A stretch of 64,000 bases of DNA. It comes from a bacterium (GTDB taxonomy: Bacteria; Patescibacteriota; Saccharimonadia; UBA4664; JBBRNT01). The stretch is from the NCBI GenBank assembly GCA_043767845.1, contig JAYUFZ010000008.1:4242-68241 (forward strand), given 5' to 3'. Positions 19,695 to 29,855 of the stretch are shown here, in pieces (the stretch's first letter is position 1; each line of letters opens with the position of its first letter). The translations under genes were made by a program, and so were the position numbers. The notes below the pieces were generated by a model, which was not told the DNA's origin, did not search any database, and saw only the letters and a program-made list of their open reading frames with translations.

Positions 19695-21137
19695 ATGGCC
19701 TCCAAACACCCAGTCCGTGTCCGTTTCGCGCCGAGCCCAACCGGTTTTGCGCACGTCGGCGGCATACGGACAGTGCTTTTTAACTTCCTCCTAGCTCGCC
19801 AAACCGGCGGCACTTTTATCGTGCGCGTCGAGGATACCGACCGTGAACGGATGGTTGAAGGCGCGACTGAGCATTTGTTCAAGTCGCTAGAGTGGCTCGG
19901 CCTCACCCCCGACGAGGGCCCTGGCATAGGCGGCGATTTTGGCCCCTACACCCAGTCGGAGCGGCTGGATATTTACAAGTCTCATGCCGCCCAACTCGTA
20001 GCTGCCGGGGCGCTCTACCCCTGCTGGTGCAGCCCTGAACGGCTCGACGGCTTGCGTAAAGAAGCTGAGGCCGCTAAAACCGCCTTCAAGTACGACCGGC
20101 ACTGCCTCGAGCACCCAGGCGACCCAAAGCTTCCCCACGTCTTGCGTTTTCGGGTTCCAACCCAGCCAGATAGTGTCAGCTGGCAGGATAAGGTGTTCGG
20201 TGAGATGACGGTTCAAACCGCTGAGCTGGACGACTTCGTATGCCTCAAATCAGACAACTTCCCGACTTACCACTTTGCCAACATTGTCGATGACCACCTC
20301 ATGCAGATCACCCATGTCTTAAGGGCCGCTGAGTGGTTACCAAGCACACCCAAACACCTTTTGCTCTACCTGGCCTTTGGCTGGACACCACCAGAATTCG
20401 TACACCTGCCCCAAATCCTGGGACCGGATGGTAAACGCAAGCTTGGCAAACGCGACGGCGCCAAAGATATTCTCGACTACCAGAAAGAAGGCTACCTTGT
20501 CGACGCCTTAACAAACTTCCTGGCCACACTCGGTTGGAATGATGGCAGCGAGCAGGAAATCTTTAGCCGCCAGGAGTTGATAGAAAAATTCAGCATTGAG
20601 CGCGTCCAGCGCAGCCCAGCCGTTTTCGACGCCGAACGCCTAGACTGGATGAATGGCCTCTATATTCGCGAATTGTTCAAACAAGACCCTGACAAACTGC
20701 TCGCCGCCATGGAACCTTTTTGGCCGAAGTCAGCCTCCGGTAGTGCCAGGGAGTACAAGCGGGGAGTGCTGGAGCTGGAATATGAGCGTGCCAAAAAGCT
20801 GTCCGACCTCAGTGAGAGCACAGCCTTCTTCTTCACCGACCCTATGCCCGACAGAGACCTTATCATCGGCAAGCTGGATACGGAGACTGCTGCTGCCTAC
20901 CTTACGGCGACGATGGATACGCTCAGCTCGGCCGAATTCACCCACGACGGTCTAGAGCAACCACTCCGCTCGTTGGCTGAAAAGCTCGGTATCAAGGCCG
21001 GCCCGCTTTTCATGCTCATCCGTGTGGCAATTACTGGCCAAACCGCCACTCCCGGCCTCTTTGAAATGATGGCTCTTCTCGGTAGACAAACAATACTACG
21101 CCGGCTCAATTCAGCGCTAGCCACGCTAACAGATTGA
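19695..21137 (+). CDS. gltX: Glutamate--tRNA ligase
   Basis: RVRFAPSPTG, HVGG (HIGH), RVEDTD, PTYHFANIVDDHLM, KLGKR (KMSKS), C-terminal anticodon domain. Confidence 0.97.
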   Translation: MASKHPVRVRFAPSPTGFAHVGGIRTVLFNFLLARQTGGTFIVRVEDTDRERMVEGATEHLFKSLEWLGLTPDEGPGIGGDFGPYTQSERLDIYKSHAAQLVAAGALYPCWCSPERLDGLRKEAEAAKTAFKYDRHCLEHPGDPKLPHVLRFRVPTQPDSVSWQDKVFGEMTVQTAELDDFVCLKSDNFPTYHFANIVDDHLMQITHVLRAAEWLPSTPKHLLLYLAFGWTPPEFVHLPQILGPDGKRKLGKRDGAKDILDYQKEGYLVDALTNFLATLGWNDGSEQEIFSRQELIEKFSIERVQRSPAVFDAERLDWMNGLYIRELFKQDPDKLLAAMEPFWPKSASGSAREYKRGVLELEYERAKKLSDLSESTAFFFTDPMPDRDLIIGKLDTETAAAYLTATMDTLSSAEFTHDGLEQPLRSLAEKLGIKAGPLFMLIRVAITGQTATPGLFEMMALLGRQTILRRLNSALATLTD

Positions 21138-21162
21138 CAGCTTCCGGCTCGCGGGATATATT
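21134..21162 (+). promoter_or_regulatory. Sigma70 promoter for the 66-aa gene
   Basis: TTGACA-17-TATATT. Confidence 0.75.
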
Positions 21163-21219
21163 CAGTTCATGATTAGTAACGCCAGTAGACTCTAGAATAC
21201 CGGCATATAAGGGGAAGTC

Positions 21220-21420
21220 ATGTACGAATTTTATGATGTTAAGAGCCGCGAGAAAGTTAGCCTTGAGGCTAAAGATGTAGCCAAGGTTACTTACGAATCA
21301 ACAACCAAGTCGGGTAAAACCCAAGTTCGCTACGCCTTCCGTGGTAGCTACCAAGGCCGCAAACTGACCAAGTTTGTGAACCAAGCCACCTGGGAATCAG
21401 CAGCTGTCGCTAGCGAGTAG
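21220..21420 (+). CDS. Small basic protein, possible nucleic-acid-binding (CC1/DUF5679-like)
   Basis: 66 aa with its own promoter, SD (AAGGGG) and terminator; FYDVKSREKV..RYAFRG..GRKLTKFV. Confidence 0.7.
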   Translation: MYEFYDVKSREKVSLEAKDVAKVTYESTTKSGKTQVRYAFRGSYQGRKLTKFVNQATWESAAVASE

Positions 21421-21435
21421 TCGCCGCAGCTCTAG

Positions 21436-21463
21436 AAAAAGAGTCTCTAGGAGGCTCTTTTTT
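21436..21463. terminator. Intrinsic terminator
   Basis: AAAAAGAGTCTC-TAG-GAGGCTCTTTTTT. Confidence 0.85.
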
Positions 21464-21499
21464 GTTTTATGACGTAATATTCGGGTATAATGCTTACGT

Positions 21500-22744
21500 A
21501 TGGACGATATCACGCCGAAATCAAAAGTTGCCAAGCCCTTCCCGGGTACGTCGACCGCTGGTGTCTCCGATCTTGGTACGGACGAGCGACCGGGCACCCT
21601 TGACGCCCACTTGGCCAGGTTAAAGTCTGTCGAAGCCGCCCCGGAGCAGATCCCGACTACACCTACAAAAGCCAAGCAACCAATGCTAAAAATTATCTTG
21701 ATAGCCGTCACAGTGCTTGGAATTGGTACCGGTGCCGCCTTTGGCTACATGAAACTACGCCCCAAGCAGTCGCCGGCTCCAACGGCTAGCCCCACGCCCC
21801 AAGCGTCACCCACGCCAGTACCCACACCAGCACCGACGCCAGTGCCGACCACCAAGGCTTCTCCGCTTACTGGCCTATTGGTGCCGATTGCAGCTGCCGA
21901 CCGACAGATAACCGCGGTAGTCATTGAGAACCACACCGATGCCCGGCCGCAGTCGGGGCTAGGCCAGGCCGGCGTCGTATATGAGGCATTGGCCGAGGGC
22001 GGCATTACCCGCTTCTTAGCCTTCTTTCTAGACAGCCGCCCGGCCTCGCTGGGACCAATCCGCAGCCTCAGAACCTACTTTATCGACTGGGCCAAGGAAT
22101 ACAACGCGCCGGTCGCCCATGTGGGCGGCAATGCCGACGCCCTAGACCTCGTTGGCCCGACCGGCCTGCGTGATATGAACCAGTTCTACAACAGCCCAGC
22201 CTTCTTCCGCACCACCGACCGCGTTGCGCCTCACAACATGTATTCCACCAGCGATCTGCTCGACGCCTTGGAACAAAAGCTCGGCTTCGCGACGCCGACT
22301 AGCTTTGTGCCGACCCCTCGCAAGGCAGACACCCCACAGGCTGCCCCCAGCCATCCCAAAGTCACCATCAACTACTCCTACAGTGGCTACAATGTCGAAT
22401 ACCGCTTTGACGCCGCCACGGACAGCTACCTGCGCTTTTTAGCCGGCGCCCCTCACATCGACCGCAATACCAATGCCCAGATCACGGTCAAAAACGTCGT
22501 TGTCGAATACATGCCCACTAGCTACGGCACCACCCGCATCGGCGAGCAGACAGTTATTATGACCACCGTCGGCAACGGCAAGGCCCTGGTATTCATCGAC
22601 GGGGGTGTCATCGAAGGCACTTGGCAGAAGACATCTCGCGAGACCCGTACCCGTATTCTTGATAGCACCGGTGCCGAGATCCAGCTCAATGCTGGTAATA
22701 CCTGGTATAGTATCGTGCCGGTCGGCAAATCGGTCGCCTACTAA
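21500..22744 (+). CDS. DUF3048 (YerB-like) membrane-anchored protein
   Basis: SPLTG, AVVIENH..ARPQSGL..A.VVYE..AEGGITRF, GPIRSLR, APHNMY motifs; TM plus PT linker. Confidence 0.9.
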   Translation: MDDITPKSKVAKPFPGTSTAGVSDLGTDERPGTLDAHLARLKSVEAAPEQIPTTPTKAKQPMLKIILIAVTVLGIGTGAAFGYMKLRPKQSPAPTASPTPQASPTPVPTPAPTPVPTTKASPLTGLLVPIAAADRQITAVVIENHTDARPQSGLGQAGVVYEALAEGGITRFLAFFLDSRPASLGPIRSLRTYFIDWAKEYNAPVAHVGGNADALDLVGPTGLRDMNQFYNSPAFFRTTDRVAPHNMYSTSDLLDALEQKLGFATPTSFVPTPRKADTPQAAPSHPKVTINYSYSGYNVEYRFDAATDSYLRFLAGAPHIDRNTNAQITVKNVVVEYMPTSYGTTRIGEQTVIMTTVGNGKALVFIDGGVIEGTWQKTSRETRTRILDSTGAEIQLNAGNTWYSIVPVGKSVAY

Positions 22745-22795
22745 GCGGCCCTGTTGACACAATGCTTATCCCGATGGCATACTAAAGCAAAGTCC

Positions 22796-23431
22796 ATGAA
22801 AACAAAAAAGTCCTTACATCACACTCTGACCAAAAAGAAAATCCTGAAGCGCAAGTCGTCTCGGAGGCTGGCGCGTGGCTTTTTCATCGTTGTTGCTGCC
22901 TTATGCACCGGCTCGCTGGCCGTTGCCTTGGCCGCCACCAAGCCCAGTAGTGCTAGCCTCTACGTACAGACTGACGCCCATCGCCCGGGATACCGCTTGG
23001 CCGGCGACCCCACGCCCGTTCCGCCCAACCCCGAAGGGACCCCCGACCAAGTCGGCACCGCATCCTGGTACGCCCTCGGCCTACCGTCGCCAGACAGCCT
23101 GACATGTGCTTCAACCCATTTTGGCCGGGGCACCTACCTCGATGTTAAGAACCTGCGCAATGGCAAACACGTCACCTGCCTGGTCAACGATTATGGTCCT
23201 GAGGCTTGGACCAACCGGGCCATCGACCTATCACGCGGCAGCTTCCGGGTCATCGACAGCCTCAGTTCCGGCACGACCAAGGTCGAAATTCGCGTTGTGT
23301 CGCGTCCAACAGGCCTCAATATCAACGCCGCCCAGCTACTGGGCACGCTCATGGGCTACAATCTATGCTCCCAAACCAATACGATGCAATTCTGCGAAAT
23401 CAATAAGCAAAGCAGCCTACAGCTCAAGTAG
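22796..23431 (+). CDS. RlpA-like double-psi beta-barrel protein
   Basis: GTASWY, TCAS..GTYLDV.N..NGK.V..VNDYGP, IDLSRGSF motifs. Start could be 22754 or 22796. Confidence 0.85.
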   Translation: MKTKKSLHHTLTKKKILKRKSSRRLARGFFIVVAALCTGSLAVALAATKPSSASLYVQTDAHRPGYRLAGDPTPVPPNPEGTPDQVGTASWYALGLPSPDSLTCASTHFGRGTYLDVKNLRNGKHVTCLVNDYGPEAWTNRAIDLSRGSFRVIDSLSSGTTKVEIRVVSRPTGLNINAAQLLGTLMGYNLCSQTNTMQFCEINKQSSLQLK

Positions 23432-23505
23432 TCCAGTCATATTGCATATTCTGAAACTATATGTCATAGTAAGGCATCTTCGCACCTACAAGACCGGAGC
23501 TTATC

Positions 23506-23922
23506 ATGTCCACCGAGCTAACGTTACGCGACTGCCTGTATGCCACAGGCATTGTCGCCGCCATCTGCGTCATACTATGCATTGAGGTAGGAGGAACGAA
23601 CCCGATAGTCTACGGCTCGCTGCTCGCCAGCCTCACGTTGTCGCTAGCGGCGCACACCTGTAGTCGCTACTTGCGTCGTAAAATAGTGGATAGCAGCTAT
23701 CGTAGGCTGCTCAGTTCGGCCGAACTAGCATACCGCAAATACGACCACCGCCAAGACTTGAAGCCCATGCAACAGCTCGCCCTGCATGATTTGCGTCGAT
23801 CCATCTGGGACTTACGCCGAGAAATCTTGCTGGCAAATCCTTACGACCTGACCCATATTGCAAGCGAGCTTAGCCGGACTACAAACATTCTCGGCTTCAG
23901 CCTCCAGCAAGCCATGCGCTAA
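23506..23922 (+). CDS. Orphan membrane protein (2 TM)
   Basis: TTGCAT-17-CATAGT promoter, GGAG SD, two hydrophobic helices, terminator at 23927-23954. Confidence 0.65.
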   Translation: MSTELTLRDCLYATGIVAAICVILCIEVGGTNPIVYGSLLASLTLSLAAHTCSRYLRRKIVDSSYRRLLSSAELAYRKYDHRQDLKPMQQLALHDLRRSIWDLRREILLANPYDLTHIASELSRTTNILGFSLQQAMR

Positions 23923-23926
23923 CAGC

Positions 23927-23954
23927 AAAAGACCCCCGGATTCGAGGGTCTTTC
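23927..23954. terminator. Bidirectional terminator
   Basis: AAAAGACCC..GGGTCTTT between convergent genes. Confidence 0.75.
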
Positions 23955-23973
23955 TTTATTTACTAGACGAAAA

Positions 23974-24462
23974 CTATTCGACGCCGAGCAGCTCAACATC
24001 AAACTTCAGCGGCGAGTTGGGCGGGATCGAACCTTGGCCGCCGGCGCCGTAGGCCATCTCGGCTGGAATAGTTAGGGTGCGCTTGCCACCAACCTTCATG
24101 CCATCAAAGCCTTGGTCCCAGCCCTTGATAACCTGGCCTTGGCCAAGCGTGAAGCTAAATGGCTGGCCTCGATCGACCGAGCTATCAAACTTCGTGCCGT
24201 CAAGCAGACAGCCAGTGTAGTGGACGCTAATCTTTTTACCAGCCGTTGCTTCGGCGCCAGTACCGACTACCGTGTCGGTCTTTATGAGTTCAGTCACATT
24301 TTTATCTCCGTTAGTTGGTGTGCACGTGGCCGTGCGGGCCGTTGTTGTTGCCGTAGTTCCGGCAGTGGTCGATGAGTTCTGGTGACGCATCACCAGAAAA
24401 GTGCCTGTGCCGAGCGCCAAAGCTGCCAGAAGTGTTCCGATAGATATAAGTTTGCCATTCAT
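23974..24462 (-). CDS. FKBP-type peptidyl-prolyl isomerase with N-terminal anchor
   Basis: [47 protein letters not shown] motifs. Confidence 0.96.
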   Translation of the reverse strand: MNGKLISIGTLLAALALGTGTFLVMRHQNSSTTAGTTATTTARTATCTPTNGDKNVTELIKTDTVVGTGAEATAGKKISVHYTGCLLDGTKFDSSVDRGQPFSFTLGQGQVIKGWDQGFDGMKVGGKRTLTIPAEMAYGAGGQGSIPPNSPLKFDVELLGVE

Positions 24463-24526
24463 AGCTGAAATTATACCAAACCCAGACCAAAGGTACTAGG
24501 CGAACGCCACACGAAGCATTAGAATA

Positions 24527-26080
24527 ATGTTGATGAAACATGATGATCGATTCCGCTACCACGCCTTGGCGCTGTTTTTCGCAGTTGCCTTATTCCCGGC
24601 CGTTACAGTCAGTACCTTGTGGTATGTACTGACCCGCGCCACCACCTCTGGGAGCCTGGTAAGCTATGGAATAGTTGTACTACCGATCGCCATTCTTGGC
24701 CTGGCACCGGCTCTAGTTCTAAGCTTTTTCTTCGTTGAACTACTGGTGCAGCCGATCCGCCGCCTCCACCAAGCGATCGATGAAATAAGCAAGGGTAATT
24801 TTAACTTCCGAAGCCATTTCAAGAAGGGGAGCGAGTTCTACGAAATGGCCGAGTCACTCAATGGTATATCAAGTACCATGGAAGAGATCCTCAGCCAAAA
24901 AAGCGGCGAGAACGAGTTAATCGTAGCCGAGCGCAACAAACTGCGAGCCGTCTTAGACTCTATGGAAGATGGCGTATTTGCTATCGACTCCAGCGGCCGC
25001 ATAATGCTGTTCAATAAAGCCGCCCAGGAGATTACTGGCCGCTCGATAACCGAGGTTGCTGGACAGCTCTCAGAGAAAGTCATGCCACTACGCCGTGGCG
25101 AAGAATTGGTAATGGCCAGCTGGCTTGCCGATCGGCGGGTTGCCAAGCGCGAACTAGGCGAATGGCGCAACCTTACACTCTACCGAGCCGATGGCGATAA
25201 GCTCTTCGTCGATGTTCGAGCTATCAAACTCCCCAGCGACCCGAACGGTATCCAGGCCCTAGTGACCTTCCACGATCTTACCAAGAGCCACAATCTGGAG
25301 GAAATGAAGGTCGACTTCGTGTCTCTGGCGGCTCACGAACTGCGGACACCACTGACCGCTATAAAAGGCTATCTAGACGTGCTCGAAACCGAGACAGAGG
25401 GGGAGCTGTCGGTCGACCAGCAGCAAATCCTAGCCCGCACCATCATTAGCGCCCGGCAGCTCTCTGGAGTGGTTAATAATATATTAAACGTCTCCCGTAT
25501 TGAGCGCGGCGAACTGGCCCTGAACTTCGAGATTATTGACCCCAAAGCACTCGTCCACAACCTAAAGATCGACTATGATGTTCGCGCCCAGCAACAAAAC
25601 CGCCAGCTCGAAGTCCACTACGGCAGCCACTTGCCGGCGATAAACGTCGATCTGGTGGGTATTACCGAAGTCATGAATAACCTCGTCGATAACGCCATCA
25701 ACCATACCGAACCGGGCGGCAAGATCGATATCAAACTTAGCTTCATCAAAGACAATCAGGAATTGGAAATAATCGTCACCGATGACGGCCACGGCATACC
25801 AAAAGCCGCCATTCCCAAATTATTCACCAAGTTCTACCGGGTCGAGGGCCTACACACCACCAAGGGCACTGGCCTCGGCCTCTTCATCTCCAAATCGATT
25901 CTCGAAGCATTCGGCGGCCGCATTTGGGTAGAGTCCGAGGAGGGCCACGGCGCGAGTTTTAGCTTACGGATCCCAGCGGCGCAGCTAGTTGCAGAGAAAG
26001 AACATGCGTCGCATAATAGTAGAACAAGTGGCTCAATGAAAGGAACTCATGGCTGGATCAAAGACCATTCTATTCGCTGA
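24527..26080 (+). CDS. Sensor histidine kinase (2TM-HAMP-PAS-HisKA-HATPase)
   Basis: AAHELRTPLT, NLVDNAI, DDGHGI, FTKFYRV, GTGLGL motifs. Confidence 0.95.
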   Translation: MLMKHDDRFRYHALALFFAVALFPAVTVSTLWYVLTRATTSGSLVSYGIVVLPIAILGLAPALVLSFFFVELLVQPIRRLHQAIDEISKGNFNFRSHFKKGSEFYEMAESLNGISSTMEEILSQKSGENELIVAERNKLRAVLDSMEDGVFAIDSSGRIMLFNKAAQEITGRSITEVAGQLSEKVMPLRRGEELVMASWLADRRVAKRELGEWRNLTLYRADGDKLFVDVRAIKLPSDPNGIQALVTFHDLTKSHNLEEMKVDFVSLAAHELRTPLTAIKGYLDVLETETEGELSVDQQQILARTIISARQLSGVVNNILNVSRIERGELALNFEIIDPKALVHNLKIDYDVRAQQQNRQLEVHYGSHLPAINVDLVGITEVMNNLVDNAINHTEPGGKIDIKLSFIKDNQELEIIVTDDGHGIPKAAIPKLFTKFYRVEGLHTTKGTGLGLFISKSILEAFGGRIWVESEEGHGASFSLRIPAAQLVAEKEHASHNSRTSGSMKGTHGWIKDHSIR

Positions 26081-26426
26081 AGATGATCGCTTTATTAGCG
26101 AAATGTATTCGCGCGTTCTCCAAAAAGCAGGCTACACCGTAGACTTCGCCTACACCGGCTCCGAAGCCCTCAAAAAGGCTCAAGGTGGCAAATTCGACCT
26201 TATCCTGCTCGACATCATGATGCCCGAGAAAACCGGCATTGAAATCCTTGAGGAGCTGCGTGGTGCCGACGGCAAGGGCGCGCCAGATACCAAGATTATT
26301 ATTCTCACCAATCTAGCTCAAAACGTCGCTAGCCAAGACCAGCTCAAGGCTTTGGCCGATGGCTACCTTATAAAAGCCGACATCGTACCCAGTAAGCTGG
26401 TAGAGCTTATCAACGGACTCTGGTAA
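26049..26426 (+). CDS. Single-domain response regulator
   Basis: ILFAEDD, DLILLDIMMP, ILTN, YLIK motifs; no output domain. Confidence 0.93.
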   Translation: MAGSKTILFAEDDRFISEMYSRVLQKAGYTVDFAYTGSEALKKAQGGKFDLILLDIMMPEKTGIEILEELRGADGKGAPDTKIIILTNLAQNVASQDQLKALADGYLIKADIVPSKLVELINGLW

Positions 26427-26538
26427 GTCAGTATTATTCTACAAATTTTAGAGCCAACCAAGACGTTTATACTACTTATGCTATTGACAATATCTTGCCT
26501 CTACGTAAGAATAATAGGTAACTAACCAAAAAGAAAAA

Positions 26539-27693
26539 ATGCCTACAAAAAAGTCCACTAAAAGCAAAACACCAACAGCCACTCGTTCGCGCGTTGCTCA
26601 TGCTAAGCCAGTCATCGCTACCGAGTCCGGCTGGGCGAAACGCAATCTATTGATTATGGCAGGGGTAGCAGTTTTGGCAGTTGCCGTGGCAGCCAGTGCC
26701 TACATCTACACGACCAAGCACAAGACTGTCACCAAGACGCCTGTCACACTGACTAAGGTCAAGGTCAAGCTCAAGTGGCTCCACAACGCCCAGTTTGCCG
26801 GCCTCTACTATGCCAAAGAAAAGGGTTATTTCGCAGCTGAAGGCTTGGACGTGAGTTTTGAAGAGTGGTCGAGTACCCGTAGTTCGGCAACCAAGATCGT
26901 TGATGCCAAAGAAGCAGATTTCGGTGTTTCAACTGGTACCGATATCATCAACGCCAGAGCCAACTCCGGCCGCAAGGTCGTTGGACTGGCCACTGTCTTC
27001 CAGCATGACCCTGAAGGCTATGTAGCCCTCAAATCATCAGGCATTACTGACCTCAAAAGCGTTGCCGGCCATAATGTTGGGCTCTTCCCTGGAAAGACTA
27101 CGACTATATGGAATGCTATGCTCAAGGCCCAAAACCTATCAAGCCTTAGCTTCAAGCAGACGAATATGGACTTCAGCAAACTGCCCAAGCCTGAGACTAA
27201 GGTCTTGACTGACAAAACAGTTGATGTCTACGCCACCTTCCTGACCGACCAAGCCGTCCGTCTCAAGGCTGACCTAGCGGCCAGTGGCTCGAGCGACGAG
27301 ATCGTGACCTTCAACCCCTACGACTATGGTATTGCCAACTACAATGACACACTCTTCACCTACGATGATATGGTTAAAAACAATCCGGCTCTGGTTCAGA
27401 AATTCGTCAACGCCGCAGTCAAAGGTTGGCATGACGCTATAGCTGACCCGACCGGCGCAGTCACCGCCATCCACGCCTACGACGGTGCCGACTATAAGCC
27501 CTACGAAGCCGCTATTTTCAAGGCCGAAGTGCCTTTCATCCAGACCAACGATGTGCCTCTGCTCTGGACCGATGGTGCAGTCTGGAAGGGTATGTATTCG
27601 ATGATCAACGCTACTGGCTCGCTCAAGACCCAGATCGACGTTACAGCCGCCTACGACTCAAAGTTTGTCCGCAACTACTACAACATCAAGTAA
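26539..27693 (+). CDS. NMT1/THI5-like substrate-binding protein, membrane anchored
   Basis: LKWLHNAQFAGLYYAKEKGYFAAEGLDV and NPALVQKFV.A..KGW motifs; N-terminal TM. Confidence 0.9.
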   Translation: MPTKKSTKSKTPTATRSRVAHAKPVIATESGWAKRNLLIMAGVAVLAVAVAASAYIYTTKHKTVTKTPVTLTKVKVKLKWLHNAQFAGLYYAKEKGYFAAEGLDVSFEEWSSTRSSATKIVDAKEADFGVSTGTDIINARANSGRKVVGLATVFQHDPEGYVALKSSGITDLKSVAGHNVGLFPGKTTTIWNAMLKAQNLSSLSFKQTNMDFSKLPKPETKVLTDKTVDVYATFLTDQAVRLKADLAASGSSDEIVTFNPYDYGIANYNDTLFTYDDMVKNNPALVQKFVNAAVKGWHDAIADPTGAVTAIHAYDGADYKPYEAAIFKAEVPFIQTNDVPLLWTDGAVWKGMYSMINATGSLKTQIDVTAAYDSKFVRNYYNIK

Positions 27694-27711
27694 TAGCTAG
27701 AGAGATCACCA

Positions 27712-29565
27712 ATGAAGCTGGCTAATAGGAGTTCGCTTAGCACCAAGCTAACCGTGTACTTCCTAATAGCCGCTTTGTTGCCGGTTGGCATTGCAGGCGT
27801 GTTGATACTGAGAGTAGCCCAGAAAAACATCGACACATTGACCTTTTCAAACTTAGAACTAGCCAGAAACCTCAAAATCAACCAGATCAATCTATTGATA
27901 GAAAAAGAATCTGAGGTAGTAAATGCACTATCTAAAACCCAGACGGTTCAAGATAGTGCCATGAGCTTAAAAAACAAGCAGCCCCTCAGCCCTGCGCAAT
28001 TGTCTGCTTATAAGCCGCTCGTTGAAGTCGAGGGTGAATTCATTGAGGTTTTTCTCATAGATAGTGAAACGGCTAAGGTTTATGCATCAAGCAATACGGC
28101 CGAACTTACAAAAAACAAACAACTTGATGAATCGTTCGTACGTGGCAAGCAGGCGCTATTTGTACAAGATTTATATTTCGACTACTCTAATTTTGTACCG
28201 CGATATACTATCACCACTCCAATCATTATCGGCGGCCAATTGGTGGGTGTCTTCGGTGCTCATCTCGAACTCGATGCCATCGACCAGATCATGGCCGAGC
28301 CCCTAGGTATTGGCGATACCAGCGAGACATATTTAATTAATAAAGCGCATCAGTTCGTCTCAGACAGTCGCTTCGATCCGAATTCCAAATTCAATCTAGG
28401 TCTCAATACGGCACAGTCGGAGTCGGTATTGGCGGGCAAGGAAGGAAAAGGAATTTACAAGAATTACCGCGGCAAACTCGTGTATGGGAACTACGTCTAC
28501 ATTCCTGAGAGACACCTAGCAATCTTCGCCGAAGTTGAGCAACACGAAGCACTGGCCTCACTCCGTGAATTTGAACGGCTTATCTTGTATGCAGCTCTGG
28601 CTAGCTGCCTCTTTCTCGTCCTACTCACGCGCTTGTTTACCAACCAATTCTTAAAGCCGATAAGAAAGCTAACCGAGGGCGTAGAAGCCTTCGGCCGTGG
28701 CCAGCTGACGACGCGTATTAGTATTACTTCCAAAGATGAGGTCCGCAAGCTAGCTGAAACCTTCAATAGCATGGCCCAGTCGGTCCAAGACAGCATTACC
28801 AAGCTGCGCGAGCTGGATAAACTCAAATCCGAGTTCCTAGCCATTGCCTCGCACAACCTACGCACACCGCTGTCGGTCATCATGGGCTACGCCGATGGTA
28901 TGCGCGATGCTAACAATAAGCTCAATAAAGATGCCGCTATCATTGGCTCCTACGCCCAGCGACTCAACGTCTTTGCTGAAGATATGCTACTAATCTCTGA
29001 AATTGAGATTGGCGGCAATCTGGCCACCGTTACTCAAAAAACGCCGACCGACATCACTACGCTCATCGGGGAGATAGCTACGCAGATTACCCCGATGGTC
29101 TCAGAGAAGAAGCTATCTCTAGGAGTAGTAGCCGCCAAAAAAATCCCGATGGTCAATATTAATAAGCAATATGTTAAAGATGCCATTTGGAATATCCTCG
29201 ATAACGCTATAAAATTCACCGGCGAGAACGGCATTATCACCATGACGGCCAAGCCGGTCAAGGACAAAGTGACGGTCACTATTGCCGATACTGGAGCGGG
29301 TATCGCCAAGGAAGAGCTACCAATGCTCTTTACCAAATTCCACCGCGGGACTAGCACTATGGTTTACAACTACGAGGGCACCGGTCTCGGTCTGTACGTC
29401 GCTAAGCTGATTGTGGAGAGTAATGGGGGGCAGATAGAGGTTGAAAGCGTCGAAGGTAAAGGAACGACAGTGACGCTTATGTTCCCCGTAGCGCCAGTCG
29501 AGCCAAAGTCCAAGGACGCCCTCACCCCCAAAGCTGTCAAAACCATCGCCGACACATTGGAGTAG
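27712..29565 (+). CDS. Sensor histidine kinase (Cache-HAMP-HisKA-HATPase)
   Basis: Cache-like extracellular domain (ETYLIN, YKNYRGKLVYG), HAMP, ASHNLRTPL, NILDNAIKF, GTGLGL. Confidence 0.93.
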   Translation: MKLANRSSLSTKLTVYFLIAALLPVGIAGVLILRVAQKNIDTLTFSNLELARNLKINQINLLIEKESEVVNALSKTQTVQDSAMSLKNKQPLSPAQLSAYKPLVEVEGEFIEVFLIDSETAKVYASSNTAELTKNKQLDESFVRGKQALFVQDLYFDYSNFVPRYTITTPIIIGGQLVGVFGAHLELDAIDQIMAEPLGIGDTSETYLINKAHQFVSDSRFDPNSKFNLGLNTAQSESVLAGKEGKGIYKNYRGKLVYGNYVYIPERHLAIFAEVEQHEALASLREFERLILYAALASCLFLVLLTRLFTNQFLKPIRKLTEGVEAFGRGQLTTRISITSKDEVRKLAETFNSMAQSVQDSITKLRELDKLKSEFLAIASHNLRTPLSVIMGYADGMRDANNKLNKDAAIIGSYAQRLNVFAEDMLLISEIEIGGNLATVTQKTPTDITTLIGEIATQITPMVSEKKLSLGVVAAKKIPMVNINKQYVKDAIWNILDNAIKFTGENGIITMTAKPVKDKVTVTIADTGAGIAKEELPMLFTKFHRGTSTMVYNYEGTGLGLYVAKLIVESNGGQIEVESVEGKGTTVTLMFPVAPVEPKSKDALTPKAVKTIADTLE

Positions 29566-29645
29566 TACACTTGATAAATTGCCTGAAAGTAGGTAAAATA
29601 TCCTAGTCCAAAAGGGTAGCTGTCTCTCGACCAGGCTATCAGTGC

Positions 29646-29720
29646 GGTCCCATCGTCTAACGGTTAGGACACCGGATTCTCATTCCGACAATCGGGGTTC
29701 GATTCCCCGTGGGACTACCA
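29646..29720 (+). tRNA. tRNA-Glu(CTC)
   Basis: GGTCCCATCGTCTAACGGTTAGGACACCGGATTCTCATTCCGACAATCGGGGTTCGATTCCCCGTGGGACTACCA; upstream TTGATA-17-TAAAAT. Confidence 0.96.
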
Positions 29721-29782
29721 CAGAAAACGCCTCACTTTTGTGGGGCTTTTTCTATTCAGGAAGTTACTAAGCCAGAACTTAC

Positions 29783-29830
29783 AAAAAACAGCCCCACCGC
29801 CAGGTCCCAGGAGGGGATAGGTGGTGGGGC
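29783..29830 (-). repeat. 48-bp hairpin/terminator repeat, copy 1
   Basis: 42/48 identical to 31257..31304. Minus strand GCCCCACC..TCCC-loop-GGGA..GGTGGGGC plus T run. Confidence 0.9.
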
Positions 29831-29855
29831 GAAGGAGTCGCTAGACAAAGCTAGC

